From IMG/VR virus record IMGVR_UViG_3300025483_000873: a stretch of DNA of 64,000 nucleotides; one strand, written 5' to 3'. Positions 1-7,853 of this stretch are shown in pieces. The notes beneath the pieces were generated by a model. It had not been told where the DNA came from. It saw only the letters and a program-made list of their open reading frames with translations, and ran no database searches. The position numbers and the translations under genes were made by a program. The DNA is from a virus. The first letter of the stretch is position 1, and every line of letters starts with the position of its first letter.

Positions 1-2
1 AT

Positions 3-158
3 CTTGATATTGCTGGGGTTGACTTATTATTTCACGATGACGGATATAGAATCTGTGAAGCAAATTCTGCTCCAGGATTCAAAGGATTTGAAGAATCATT
101 AGGAATTAATATTCCTCAGAAAGTTTTTGATTATGCCAGTTTGAGGACAAATTCTTGA
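3..158 (+). CDS. rimK: 3' end (partial) of RimK-family ATP-grasp ligase
   Basis: Manual translation LDIAGVDLLFHDDGYRICEANSAPGFKGFEESLGINIPQKVFDYASLRTNS* matches the RimK/LysX C-terminal GVDLL...EVNSxPG..G.E...G.NI pattern; not in the ORF track; 5' part is outside the window. Confidence 0.75.
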   Translation, partial: LDIAGVDLLFHDDGYRICEANSAPGFKGFEESLGINIPQKVFDYASLRTNS

Positions 159-182
159 CCACCTCCTATAATATGATATAAT
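155..182 (+). promoter_or_regulatory. sigma70-type promoter
   Basis: TTGACC-16 bp-TATAAT with TGn extended -10; implies the ORF start is downstream (ATG 208). Confidence 0.6.
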
Positions 183-207
183 GGGGGTCTTAAAGACCCC
201 TTTTTTC

Positions 208-801
208 ATGCTTTATAGTGATATATTTCTCTTTCCTATTAAGTTGGGAGAAACAATAGATGAAGAGTTCTCCTACAAAAATGATTTGATTGAATGGATC
301 ATAAAGTATAAAAAAAATGATGTTAATAACAATGTTAAAGTAAGTAACCGTGGTGGGTATCAAACAAGGGGAAACTTTTATAAAGAACCTGGAGCGGAAG
401 GATTTGATCCATTCATGGACAAAATTTGGAAACAAATTTGTGAAACAATCGAAAACTATTCTGAAGGAATAATGTTGAACGATTATTTAAATACTAATAC
501 ATTAAACCTTGTAAATATTTGGATCAATGTTAATGGACCAGGAGCATTTAATCATGTGCATCAGCATCCAGGATCAGTACTATCCGGTGTTTTTTGGGTA
601 AAATCTTCTGAAAAAAGTGGATTTCTCAACATGATGGATCCTCTTGAAATGAATACATATTGTCTTGGTCCTAACATGGCTCACTTCAAACCGATTGAAG
701 GAAAAATGATAGTGTTTCCCTCTTGTCTTCCTCATAACGTAGACCCTAACGATGATGGAGAGACTAGAATATCCATCTCATTCAACCTTGACTTTGGGTA
801 G
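208..801 (+). CDS. 2OG-Fe(II) oxygenase (TIGR02466-like)
   Basis: NIWINVNGPGAFNHVHQHPGSVLSGVFWV ... FPSCLPHNV ... RISISFN motifs; ORF track start 181. Confidence 0.85.
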   Translation: MLYSDIFLFPIKLGETIDEEFSYKNDLIEWIIKYKKNDVNNNVKVSNRGGYQTRGNFYKEPGAEGFDPFMDKIWKQICETIENYSEGIMLNDYLNTNTLNLVNIWINVNGPGAFNHVHQHPGSVLSGVFWVKSSEKSGFLNMMDPLEMNTYCLGPNMAHFKPIEGKMIVFPSCLPHNVDPNDDGETRISISFNLDFG

Positions 802-816
802 GGTCTCTGCTATACT
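788..816 (+). promoter_or_regulatory. sigma70-type early promoter
   Basis: TTGACT-17 bp-TATACT upstream of glutaredoxin ATG 839. Confidence 0.75.
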
Positions 817-838
817 GTATAAGAAATCAGAAAACGAC

Positions 839-1090
839 ATGGACATTATCATGTACAGCATCCCTGGATGCGACTACTGTTCTCACGCCAAAGAACTTTT
901 CAGAAGATCCGAGGTTGAGTATACTCAATACATTGTTGGTAGAGATTTAACAAAATCAGAACTTCTTAAAAAATATCCGTTAGCACATGGATATCCGTAC
1001 ATTATTATTGACGGTGAACCTATTGTTGGTGGGTTAGTTGCTACTGCAAAACTTTTTGTTGAAAAAGGATTAATCAAATCGAAGAAATGA
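839..1090 (+). CDS. nrdC: glutaredoxin (NrdC-like)
   Basis: MDIIMYSIPGCDYC...YPYIIIDGEPIVGG; CxxC and cis-Pro motifs. Confidence 0.9.
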   Translation: MDIIMYSIPGCDYCSHAKELFRRSEVEYTQYIVGRDLTKSELLKKYPLAHGYPYIIIDGEPIVGGLVATAKLFVEKGLIKSKK

Positions 1091-1251
1091 AAGATGGCGA
1101 CCTACAAATAAATAAAGGTGTGGAGTTAATGCTTCGTAGGAGGACGAAAGATAATCCAGATAGCAAAGGACTTAAAGTTCATAAAACATTCTCTCTTGGC
1201 AGTAAACTAATACGATTTAAGTTTGAATTTACTTGGGAGAGTACAACTTAA
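1087..1251 (+). CDS. small hypothetical protein (54 aa)
   Basis: ATGA overlap with grx stop; MKDGDLQINKGVELMLRRRT...; not in the ORF track. Confidence 0.65.
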   Translation: MKDGDLQINKGVELMLRRRTKDNPDSKGLKVHKTFSLGSKLIRFKFEFTWESTT

Positions 1252-1263
1252 AAGGAGAGCGCC

Positions 1264-1497
1264 ATGTCAGTAGCAGTAATTATTACATTCTCAACAATTC
1301 TAATGTTATTATTTTTGATTGTTGGAGGACTGATTGGATGGACGGCAAACGATTTCTTGTATACCTTTATGACTACACGAGCGAATCTTCCTAGCCATCC
1401 CGAAATGTATGATGGAGACGGGCAGTATATAAATGAAGAACTTTTTGCTGTAAAATTTGTTGATGAGGAGGACCCCGAACAGGATGATTATTATTGA
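1264..1497 (+). CDS. small membrane protein
   Basis: AGGAG SD, N-terminal hydrophobic helix, acidic tail. Confidence 0.7.
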   Translation: MSVAVIITFSTILMLLFLIVGGLIGWTANDFLYTFMTTRANLPSHPEMYDGDGQYINEELFAVKFVDEEDPEQDDYY

Positions 1498-2350
1498 TAT
1501 GAATCAGGTTATGATTAGTAACCTGATGGCACAAATTAAACGTGATGTTCTTGACGAAAGACTTGTAAGACATATGGTTTTAACCAGTCTTTCGTCTTAT
1601 GAGAAACAATACACGGAAGAATATGGTGAAGTAGTTCTTGCGTATGACAGTAGACATTACTGGCGTAAGGATGTCTTTCCTTACTACAAACAAAACCGTA
1701 AAAAAGACAGACAAAAATCTGGTCATGACTGGGGTAGCATCTTTGAGGTTTTGAATAAGATTAGAGATGAGATCAAAAAATACTTTCCATATAAAGTGAT
1801 TGAAGTGCATGGAGCAGAAGCAGATGATGTAATCGCTACTCTATGCAGAAATAAAAAATCTGAAGATAAGGTTCTTATTTTATCCGGAGATAAAGACTTC
1901 ATTCAGTTGCAAAAGTATCCTGGTATCAAACAGTTTAATCCTATTACAAAAAGACCAGTTGCTAATGATGATCCACAAAAGTATATCAAAGAACATATAC
2001 TTCGTGGGGACAAATCAGATGGTATTCCTAACTTCTTATCAGCAGATGATACTTTTGTAACAGGAGTTCGACAAAAACCAATCAGTCAAAAGAAAATGGC
2101 AAAATGGGTTGACCAATCGCCAAACGAGTTCTGTCTTGATACTCAACAACTTTTTAATTATCATAGGAATAGAAGACTTATTGACTTTGATTATGTGCCT
2201 GAAGAAATTGAGGACAAAATTATGGATCAATATAACTCTATAAATATTTCTGAAAAGAAAGTACCTTTAGATTATTTCAAAGAACATCAGTTAAATGAAC
2301 TGATGCAAGAATTTTTCTTTCGTCGTTTATCGCCATTCCAAACAAAATGA
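1484..2350 (+). CDS. rnh: T4-like RNase H / 5'-3' flap nuclease
   Basis: MIIIDMNQ, YKQNRK, EADDVIA, SGDKDF, GDKSDGIPN motifs. Confidence 0.95.
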   Translation: MIIIDMNQVMISNLMAQIKRDVLDERLVRHMVLTSLSSYEKQYTEEYGEVVLAYDSRHYWRKDVFPYYKQNRKKDRQKSGHDWGSIFEVLNKIRDEIKKYFPYKVIEVHGAEADDVIATLCRNKKSEDKVLILSGDKDFIQLQKYPGIKQFNPITKRPVANDDPQKYIKEHILRGDKSDGIPNFLSADDTFVTGVRQKPISQKKMAKWVDQSPNEFCLDTQQLFNYHRNRRLIDFDYVPEEIEDKIMDQYNSINISEKKVPLDYFKEHQLNELMQEFFFRRLSPFQTK

Positions 2351-2781
2351 AAATGTTAATCAGTGAAGTGCTCCAAAAAGTGAGTAATGCAAAGACTAAA
2401 GCAGCAAAGATAAAAATCTTGTTGGAAAATAATACTAATGCCTTGCGCTCTTTACTCATCATCAACTTTGATGAGAGTGTAGAGTCTCTTATTCCTGAAG
2501 GACCAGTGCCATACAACCCGAACGATGCCCCAGAGGGCACCGAGCACACCTTACTGGAGAAAGAGTACAGGAAACTCTATCTGTTCTTCAAGGGCGGTAG
2601 CAGTTCCCTCAAGCAGTCGCAGAGAGAGAATCTGTTCATCCAGATGCTTGAAGGATTATCGGAATCAGAAGCAGAACTTCTTGTGCTGGCAAAAGATAAA
2701 GCACTGAACAAAAAGTATCGTATCACCCGAGCTTGTGTTGAAGAAGCATTTCCTGCTATTGAATGGGGGAATAGATCTTAA
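2347..2781 (+). CDS. conserved cyanophage hypothetical protein
   Basis: 144-aa ORF translationally coupled to rnh. Confidence 0.75.
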   Translation: MKMLISEVLQKVSNAKTKAAKIKILLENNTNALRSLLIINFDESVESLIPEGPVPYNPNDAPEGTEHTLLEKEYRKLYLFFKGGSSSLKQSQRENLFIQMLEGLSESEAELLVLAKDKALNKKYRITRACVEEAFPAIEWGNRS

Positions 2782-3047
2782 TGGCAAAGAGTGTTAACAT
2801 ACTCCAACAAGATTGTGATCCAACACTTGCTCAAGACAAGTCGCTACCTTACACAGCTTATCTGGTGGAGTATGTCCAAGAGGGACTGACAAAATTTGAT
2901 ATTGCTACTTGCAATAAAGTAGTAGACCTTTTTGATTATTATTACGATAATTATAAAAAAGATTTTATTAACTTTACTCAATCAGAAGGTAGAATCAATC
3001 CCAAACTGTACGGATATGTATCCAAAGCAGAAACCAAATCTAAATGA
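2781..3047 (+). CDS. hypothetical protein
   Basis: TAATG coupling; 88 aa. Confidence 0.7.
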   Translation: MAKSVNILQQDCDPTLAQDKSLPYTAYLVEYVQEGLTKFDIATCNKVVDLFDYYYDNYKKDFINFTQSEGRINPKLYGYVSKAETKSK

Positions 3048-3076
3048 TTGACACATCTAAATAGTTATGGTATACT
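3048..3076 (+). promoter_or_regulatory. sigma70 early promoter with embedded late-promoter core CTAAATA (3057-3063)
   Basis: TTGACA-17 bp-TATACT immediately upstream of the riboswitch-like element. Confidence 0.85.
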
Positions 3077-3084
3077 AATACCAT

Positions 3085-3125
3085 CGTTCATCCGAGAGAT
3101 CGGACGCAAGTAAGTCGCGGAACGG
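3085..3125 (+). ncRNA. glutamine-II (Downstream-peptide)-like riboswitch aptamer, copy 1
   Basis: P1 CGTTC/GAACG, linker A, hairpin TCCGA-GAGA-TCGGA, CGCA, GGAACGG; lies upstream of a YRG-motif peptide, the known context of this motif. Confidence 0.75.
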
Positions 3126-3128
3126 AGC

Positions 3129-3309
3129 CGTTCATCCTATGTTAGAAATATTATTCTATTCAACACTCACCTGCCAACAAGCTGATACAATCATGCTTAA
3201 GATGAAAGCAAATGAGAATATCTCAAATGCTTTTAAGGTAGAGTTGATAGAGACCGTTAAGGAATCTACACCTGAGTGTATATGGGACGCACACGACTGA
3301 AGGAACGGG
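3129..3309 (+). ncRNA. glutamine-II-like aptamer, copy 2, split by an ORF in the P2 loop
   Basis: 5' half CGTTCATCCT (3129-3138); 3' half GGGACGCA-CACGACTGA-AGGAACGGG (3284-3309). Confidence 0.55.
3139..3300 (+). CDS. 53-aa hypothetical protein nested in aptamer 2
   Basis: MLEILFYSTLTCQQADTIMLKMKANENISNAFKVELIETVKESTPECIWDAHD*; GGAG at 3124-3127; not in the ORF track. Confidence 0.7.
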   Translation: MLEILFYSTLTCQQADTIMLKMKANENISNAFKVELIETVKESTPECIWDAHD

Positions 3310-3344
3310 GATTAAAACCCTCTATTACTTTAGGAGTAACTACA

Positions 3345-3512
3345 ATGAACACACTGCAAATGATCAAGAAGCAGATCAACAAGGCATCTGCACTTCACGA
3401 CGCACAAGTTCTTCACACTGCATACCGTGGTGTTGAGTACAATACACGTTGTGTCGAGTCGAAAGAAACACACGGTACATTCTGTTATCGTGGTAAAACA
3501 TACAGTAAGTGA
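3345..3512 (+). CDS. DUF4278-like 'downstream peptide'
   Basis: AGGAG SD; two YRG motifs (TAYRGVEY, FCYRGKTY). Confidence 0.8.
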   Translation: MNTLQMIKKQINKASALHDAQVLHTAYRGVEYNTRCVESKETHGTFCYRGKTYSK

Positions 3513-3529
3513 TCTACTTGTAAATAATC

Positions 3530-3555
3530 AGAGGGGTTGCACCCCCTCTTTTTTT
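3530..3555 (+). terminator. Rho-independent terminator
   Basis: AGAGGGG/CCCCTCT stem followed by a T run. Confidence 0.85.
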
Positions 3556-3607
3556 ATGCTAAAATACTAAAGGTATACAAAAGAATAAAAATGTGTTATA
3601 ATAACTT

Positions 3608-3847
3608 ATGAAAAGATCTAGACTTATTAAAAAAGCACTTACTAGAGCAGTCAAGAGCGGAGAAGATATTAACAATCTTGTTGGTATCTATACAGATCAA
3701 CTTCTAAAGGAAGCACTACAAAAACAAACTATCAAGAGAAAAGGATTTGGTTATGAGCGTAAGACTGATTTCAGTGACCCCAGAAGCAGAGAAGATGATG
3801 GGGTACGTAGCGAGAGTCAGCAACCCGAACAACCAGGAGAATCCTAA
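3608..3847 (+). CDS. hypothetical protein overlapping the thyX start
   Basis: 79-aa ORF. Confidence 0.55.
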   Translation: MKRSRLIKKALTRAVKSGEDINNLVGIYTDQLLKEALQKQTIKRKGFGYERKTDFSDPRSREDDGVRSESQQPEQPGES

Positions 3848-4388
3848 AGTCTCTGGTCTGCTTAAATACTGTGTCAATCATCAACACTGGTCTGTTTTTG
3901 AGCAAGCATTCATGACTCTTGAGATCGAGACTACCAGGGGACTGGCAGCTCAAATTTTGAGACATAGATCATTCACATATCAAGAGTTCTCTCAAAGGTA
4001 TGCTGATAGTTCTATGTTGGCAGAAACTATTCCACTTCCAGAACTTCGTAGGCAAGACACAAAGAATCGTCAAAACTCTATTGATAATGTTGACCCGTTT
4101 ATCCGTCAAGAGTTTCAGATCAAAATGCAGAAGCACTTTGAAGAAGGAATGAAACTCTATCAAGAGATGCTTGGGTATGGTATCGCAAAGGAGTGTGCTC
4201 GTTTTGTGCTTCCCCTTGCCGTACCCACAAAATTATACATGAGTGGCTCATGTCGCTCATGGATCCATTATATCCAACTGCGTTCTGCTAATGGCACACA
4301 GAAAGAGCATATGGATATCGCTAATGAATGTAAGCAAGTTTTTATTGAACAATTTCCAACCGTATCAGAGGCATTAGAATGGCAATGA
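3753..4388 (+). CDS. thyX: flavin-dependent thymidylate synthase
   Basis: RHRSFTYQEFSQRY signature; HWSVFEQA; EcARfvLP. Confidence 0.97.
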   Translation: MSVRLISVTPEAEKMMGYVARVSNPNNQENPKVSGLLKYCVNHQHWSVFEQAFMTLEIETTRGLAAQILRHRSFTYQEFSQRYADSSMLAETIPLPELRRQDTKNRQNSIDNVDPFIRQEFQIKMQKHFEEGMKLYQEMLGYGIAKECARFVLPLAVPTKLYMSGSCRSWIHYIQLRSANGTQKEHMDIANECKQVFIEQFPTVSEALEWQ

Positions 4389-4600
4389 ATGAACCAATCA
4401 CAGTAGATGATTACAAAAATGTATCCGAAGAGTTCTTTGGTAAATATAACTACGTTGTAGAACGTATGGGACCAGGACCTAATAAAGCAGAAGATGTTTT
4501 GAAAGTCATGGAAGCATTAAGCGCACAAGTTATTAAAGAACGAGTTAAAAATAAAATCGGTCCATTCGGATTCAATAAAAAGACCCAAGAGGAAGAATAA
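4385..4600 (+). CDS. hypothetical protein
   Basis: Coupled ORF between thyX and the next gene. Confidence 0.7.
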   Translation: MNEPITVDDYKNVSEEFFGKYNYVVERMGPGPNKAEDVLKVMEALSAQVIKERVKNKIGPFGFNKKTQEEE

Positions 4601-4839
4601 TGCCTACATATCCTGTTAAACATAAAGAGACTGGAGAGACTAAAGAACTCTCTATGTCCATGATCGAGTATTCAAAGTGGCGAGAAGAAAATCCCGAGTG
4701 GGATAAAGACTGGTCAGCAGGATGTGCTTCTGCCCAAGAAGTCGGTGAATGGAAACATAAGATGAGTAAGACTCATCCTGGATGGAACGATATCATGACT
4801 CGTGCATCTAAAGTCCGTGGTTCAACTATTGAGTGGTAA
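4600..4839 (+). CDS. conserved cyanophage hypothetical protein
   Basis: MPTYPVKHKETGE... immediately upstream of phoH. Confidence 0.75.
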   Translation: MPTYPVKHKETGETKELSMSMIEYSKWREENPEWDKDWSAGCASAQEVGEWKHKMSKTHPGWNDIMTRASKVRGSTIEW

Positions 4840-4841
4840 CT

Positions 4842-5594
4842 ATGCCAAGATCTAGAAAGCGTAATCAACCTGACATCAATGGTATGTCAAACAAACAGAT
4901 GAAGAGGAAGAAACCTATTGATTCTTCTTATCTGTTACCTGTAGAACCTCTAACAGATAATCAAAAGATTATGTTTGAGGAGTATGATAAAGGACAAAAC
5001 ATCTTTGCTTATGGATGTGCTGGTACAGGCAAAACATTTGTTGCTTTGTATCTAGCTCTTCGTGATGTATTGCATGAGTATACACCATATGATAAGGTGT
5101 ATATCGTTAGATCATTAGTTGCTACAAGGGAGATTGGTTTTCTTCCTGGTACACATGAAGATAAAGCATCTCTTTACCAGATTCCATACAAGAATATGGT
5201 AAAATACATGTTCGAGATGCCTGATGATGCATCATTCGAGATGTTGTATGAGAATCTGAAAGCACAAGAGACAGTATCGTTCTGGTCCACATCATTCTTG
5301 CGCGGTACTACACTTGATAATGCTATTGTTATTATCGATGAGTGTCAGAACCTCAACTTCCACGAACTTGATTCAATCATGACACGTTGTGGTCAAGATA
5401 CAAAGATCATGTTCTGTGGTGATGCAAGACAGTCTGACTTGCAGAAATCTAATGAGCGTACAGGTATCATTGACTTCCAAAAAATCCTTGAGAACATGAA
5501 AGAGTTCTCTATGGTTGAGTATGGTATTGAAGATATTGTTCGTTCGGGTCTCGTTAAGTCTTACTTGATTAGTAAACTTAACCTGGGTCTGTGA
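4842..5594 (+). CDS. phoH: PhoH-like ATPase
   Basis: GCAGTGKT, GFLPG, LRGTT, IIDECQN, GDARQSDL. Confidence 0.95.
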   Translation: MPRSRKRNQPDINGMSNKQMKRKKPIDSSYLLPVEPLTDNQKIMFEEYDKGQNIFAYGCAGTGKTFVALYLALRDVLHEYTPYDKVYIVRSLVATREIGFLPGTHEDKASLYQIPYKNMVKYMFEMPDDASFEMLYENLKAQETVSFWSTSFLRGTTLDNAIVIIDECQNLNFHELDSIMTRCGQDTKIMFCGDARQSDLQKSNERTGIIDFQKILENMKEFSMVEYGIEDIVRSGLVKSYLISKLNLGL

Positions 5595-6286
5595 TGCATA
5601 TCTTTAATCATGTAGATGGTATCATACCGATTGAAATGAACGCAGAGATGATTGATGGTAAACGTTACTACCTTACCCCAACCGGTGGGCAGTACCCATC
5701 AATCACTACTGTGATCAGTAACAATTCTGCAAAGCAAGCAGGTCTTGCCAAGTGGAGAGCAAGAGTCGGTAAAGAAGCAGCACAAGCAAAGACTTCTCGT
5801 GCTGCTGGTAGAGGTACACGATATCATAAACTCGTTGAAGACTACATCAACAACGAACTTGATACAAAAAAGTACAAAGATATGCCACTGCCGTGGACAA
5901 TGTTCCACTCTTCTCGTAAAGAACTAGATAATATAAATAGGGTATACTTACAAGAGGCAGCGTTATACTCTGATTATTTACAAATTGCAGGACGAGTGGA
6001 CTGCATTGCAGAGTATAAAGGGGAACTGGCTATCATCGACTTTAAGACAGCAGCAGAACCAAAAAGAGAACGATATCTTTACGATTACTACGTGCAAGAA
6101 TGTGGATACGCATGTATGTTGCGTGAAGTGTACGGGTTGACTGTAAAGAAATTAGTGACGATTGTTGCTTGTGAGAATGGTGACACTCAAGTAAGTGTTG
6201 TTCCACCAAAAAAAGAATATCTTTTATCATTGCAAGCATATATCAAGGAGTACCAAGAAAAACATGCTAGAAAAACTGGAGGATAA
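5594..6286 (+). CDS. PD-(D/E)xK exonuclease
   Basis: YPSITTV, RGTRYHKLVE, IAGRVDCIAE, IIDFKT, YYVQECGY. Confidence 0.9.
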   Translation: MHIFNHVDGIIPIEMNAEMIDGKRYYLTPTGGQYPSITTVISNNSAKQAGLAKWRARVGKEAAQAKTSRAAGRGTRYHKLVEDYINNELDTKKYKDMPLPWTMFHSSRKELDNINRVYLQEAALYSDYLQIAGRVDCIAEYKGELAIIDFKTAAEPKRERYLYDYYVQECGYACMLREVYGLTVKKLVTIVACENGDTQVSVVPPKKEYLLSLQAYIKEYQEKHARKTGG

Positions 6287-6509
6287 ATTTATGACAACTG
6301 CGAAATTCTCGCAGGATGTTGAAAAAATTGCATACGAAAACAATATGAATTATATTGATGCGATTGTTCATTACTGTGAAACAAATGAGATTGAAATAGA
6401 ATCAGTATCTAAACTGATTAGCAAACCTCTAAAAGAAAAGTTAAAGTACGACGCACAAAAACTAAACTACATCAAGAAAACTAGTAGAGCTAAACTATTG
6501 TTGGTATGA
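6264..6509 (+). CDS. gp33: late-promoter transcription co-activator gp33
   Basis: KFSQDVEK...YIDAIVHYCE.NEIE.E.VSKLISKPLKEKL. Confidence 0.9.
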   Translation: MLEKLEDKFMTTAKFSQDVEKIAYENNMNYIDAIVHYCETNEIEIESVSKLISKPLKEKLKYDAQKLNYIKKTSRAKLLLV

Positions 6510-6853
6510 GTGACTTCTTTACATCTGAAATGGTCCAGGGAGACCTACAAGAACTTGCAAAACTGCAAGAGTATTGCATGAAATCGATGGTGGTATTCCC
6601 TGCACTGTCTCCTGAAAAGAAGATGGAATACTTCAACGTGCTCCAAGAGATGATCGAAAAGCAGAAGGTTTTCTACGCCCGACTCAAGTTGAGTGGACCA
6701 GATAACCAAGAGGCACAAGACATGGCAGACAGCATTAAGCAGGCTGCTATGATGTATGGTGCCAGCGAACATGAGGACGCGAACGTGATCTTTGATGATC
6801 TCATCAGCAAAGTTGAGATGATGAAGAAAACATTAGAGGCAGAAGGGTCTTGA
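6506..6853 (+). CDS. conserved cyanophage hypothetical protein (DUF1825-like)
   Basis: MSDFFTSEMVQGDL...EKQKVFYARLKLS; located between gp33 and gp32. Confidence 0.7.
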   Translation: MSDFFTSEMVQGDLQELAKLQEYCMKSMVVFPALSPEKKMEYFNVLQEMIEKQKVFYARLKLSGPDNQEAQDMADSIKQAAMMYGASEHEDANVIFDDLISKVEMMKKTLEAEGS

Positions 6854-6878
6854 CCCTGCCTTCTGCCTGTGCTATAAT
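6850..6878 (+). promoter_or_regulatory. sigma70 promoter of gp32
   Basis: TTGACC-17 bp-TATAAT with TGn. Confidence 0.8.
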
Positions 6879-6929
6879 AACAACGTGATCGAGGGGTCGC
6901 ACAAACCAAATCCAAATCCGAAAAATCCA

Positions 6930-7820
6930 ATGTCTTTTGCAGATCTAAAGCGTAAGTCCCAGACCAACTTTGACTTCCTTCAAAAGGAACTCACTAAATC
7001 CAGCACTGCCTCTGGTGGTGCCGATGAACGTCTCTGGAAGCCCGAACTTGACGCTAGCGGTAACGGTTATGCAGTATTGCGTTTCCTTCCCGCTCCTGAA
7101 GGGGAAACCCTTCCCTGGGCAAAACTATACCGTCACGCCTTCCAAGGACCAGGCGGTTGGTTGATTGAAAACTGTCTCACTACTAATGGTGATCAGTGTC
7201 CCGTCTGTGCTCACAATAACAAGTTGTGGAACAGTGGGGTTGAGAGTGACAAAGATGTTGCTCGTAAACAGAAGCGTAAACTGGAATACTATTCCAACGT
7301 TCTGGTTGTGAGTGACCCCAAGCACCCTGAAAATGAAGGTAAAGTATTTCTTTATAAGTATGGCAAGAAGATCCATGATAAGATCATCGGTGCTATGCAA
7401 CCTGAATTCCAAGACGAATCTCCTGTAAATGTATTTGACTTTTGGGAAGGTGCTAACTTCAAGCTGAAGATCCGTACCATTGCTGGTTACTGGAACTATG
7501 ATGCTTCGGAGTTCACTGCACCTGCTGCACTCTCTACTGATGATGACGAGATGGAATCATTGTGGAAGCAAGCATACAGTCTGGAAGCATTCACTGCTTC
7601 TAGCGAGTTCAAAGAGTATGGAGCTATTGAGAACCGTTTGAATGCTGTGCTTGGTCTTTCGACTCCTCGTGCAGTAGCACAAGAACAACAGGAAGAAGAG
7701 TTTGAACCAGTTGCTACCACTACTATTGGTAGTAATGATTTCAACTCACCAGATATCACCGCATCATCTACTGATGATGACGATGCTCTATCTTACTTCC
7801 AAAAACTTGCTGAAGAATGA
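6930..7820 (+). CDS. gp32: single-stranded DNA-binding protein gp32
   Basis: MSFADLK, GNGYAVLRFLP, ENC...CPVC Zn site, YGKKI, GANFKLK, acidic tail. Confidence 0.97.
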   Translation: MSFADLKRKSQTNFDFLQKELTKSSTASGGADERLWKPELDASGNGYAVLRFLPAPEGETLPWAKLYRHAFQGPGGWLIENCLTTNGDQCPVCAHNNKLWNSGVESDKDVARKQKRKLEYYSNVLVVSDPKHPENEGKVFLYKYGKKIHDKIIGAMQPEFQDESPVNVFDFWEGANFKLKIRTIAGYWNYDASEFTAPAALSTDDDEMESLWKQAYSLEAFTASSEFKEYGAIENRLNAVLGLSTPRAVAQEQQEEEFEPVATTTIGSNDFNSPDITASSTDDDDALSYFQKLAEE

Positions 7821-7827
7821 TACAGCG

Positions 7828-7853
7828 AAGGGGGTCTATGACCCCCTTTTTTT
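7828..7853. terminator. terminator between convergent gp32 and gp53
   Basis: AAGGGGGTC-TAT-GACCCCCTT followed by a T run. Confidence 0.85.

Noticed and set aside
3753-4388. Intron or intein in thyX, phoH, rnh or the giant protein
   Set aside because: Reading frames are continuous with normal lengths; no intein end motifs or homing endonuclease recognised.
5594-6286. Cas4-like nuclease suggesting CRISPR
   Set aside because: It is the standard cyanophage exonuclease between phoH and gp33; no repeat-spacer array was seen anywhere in the window.
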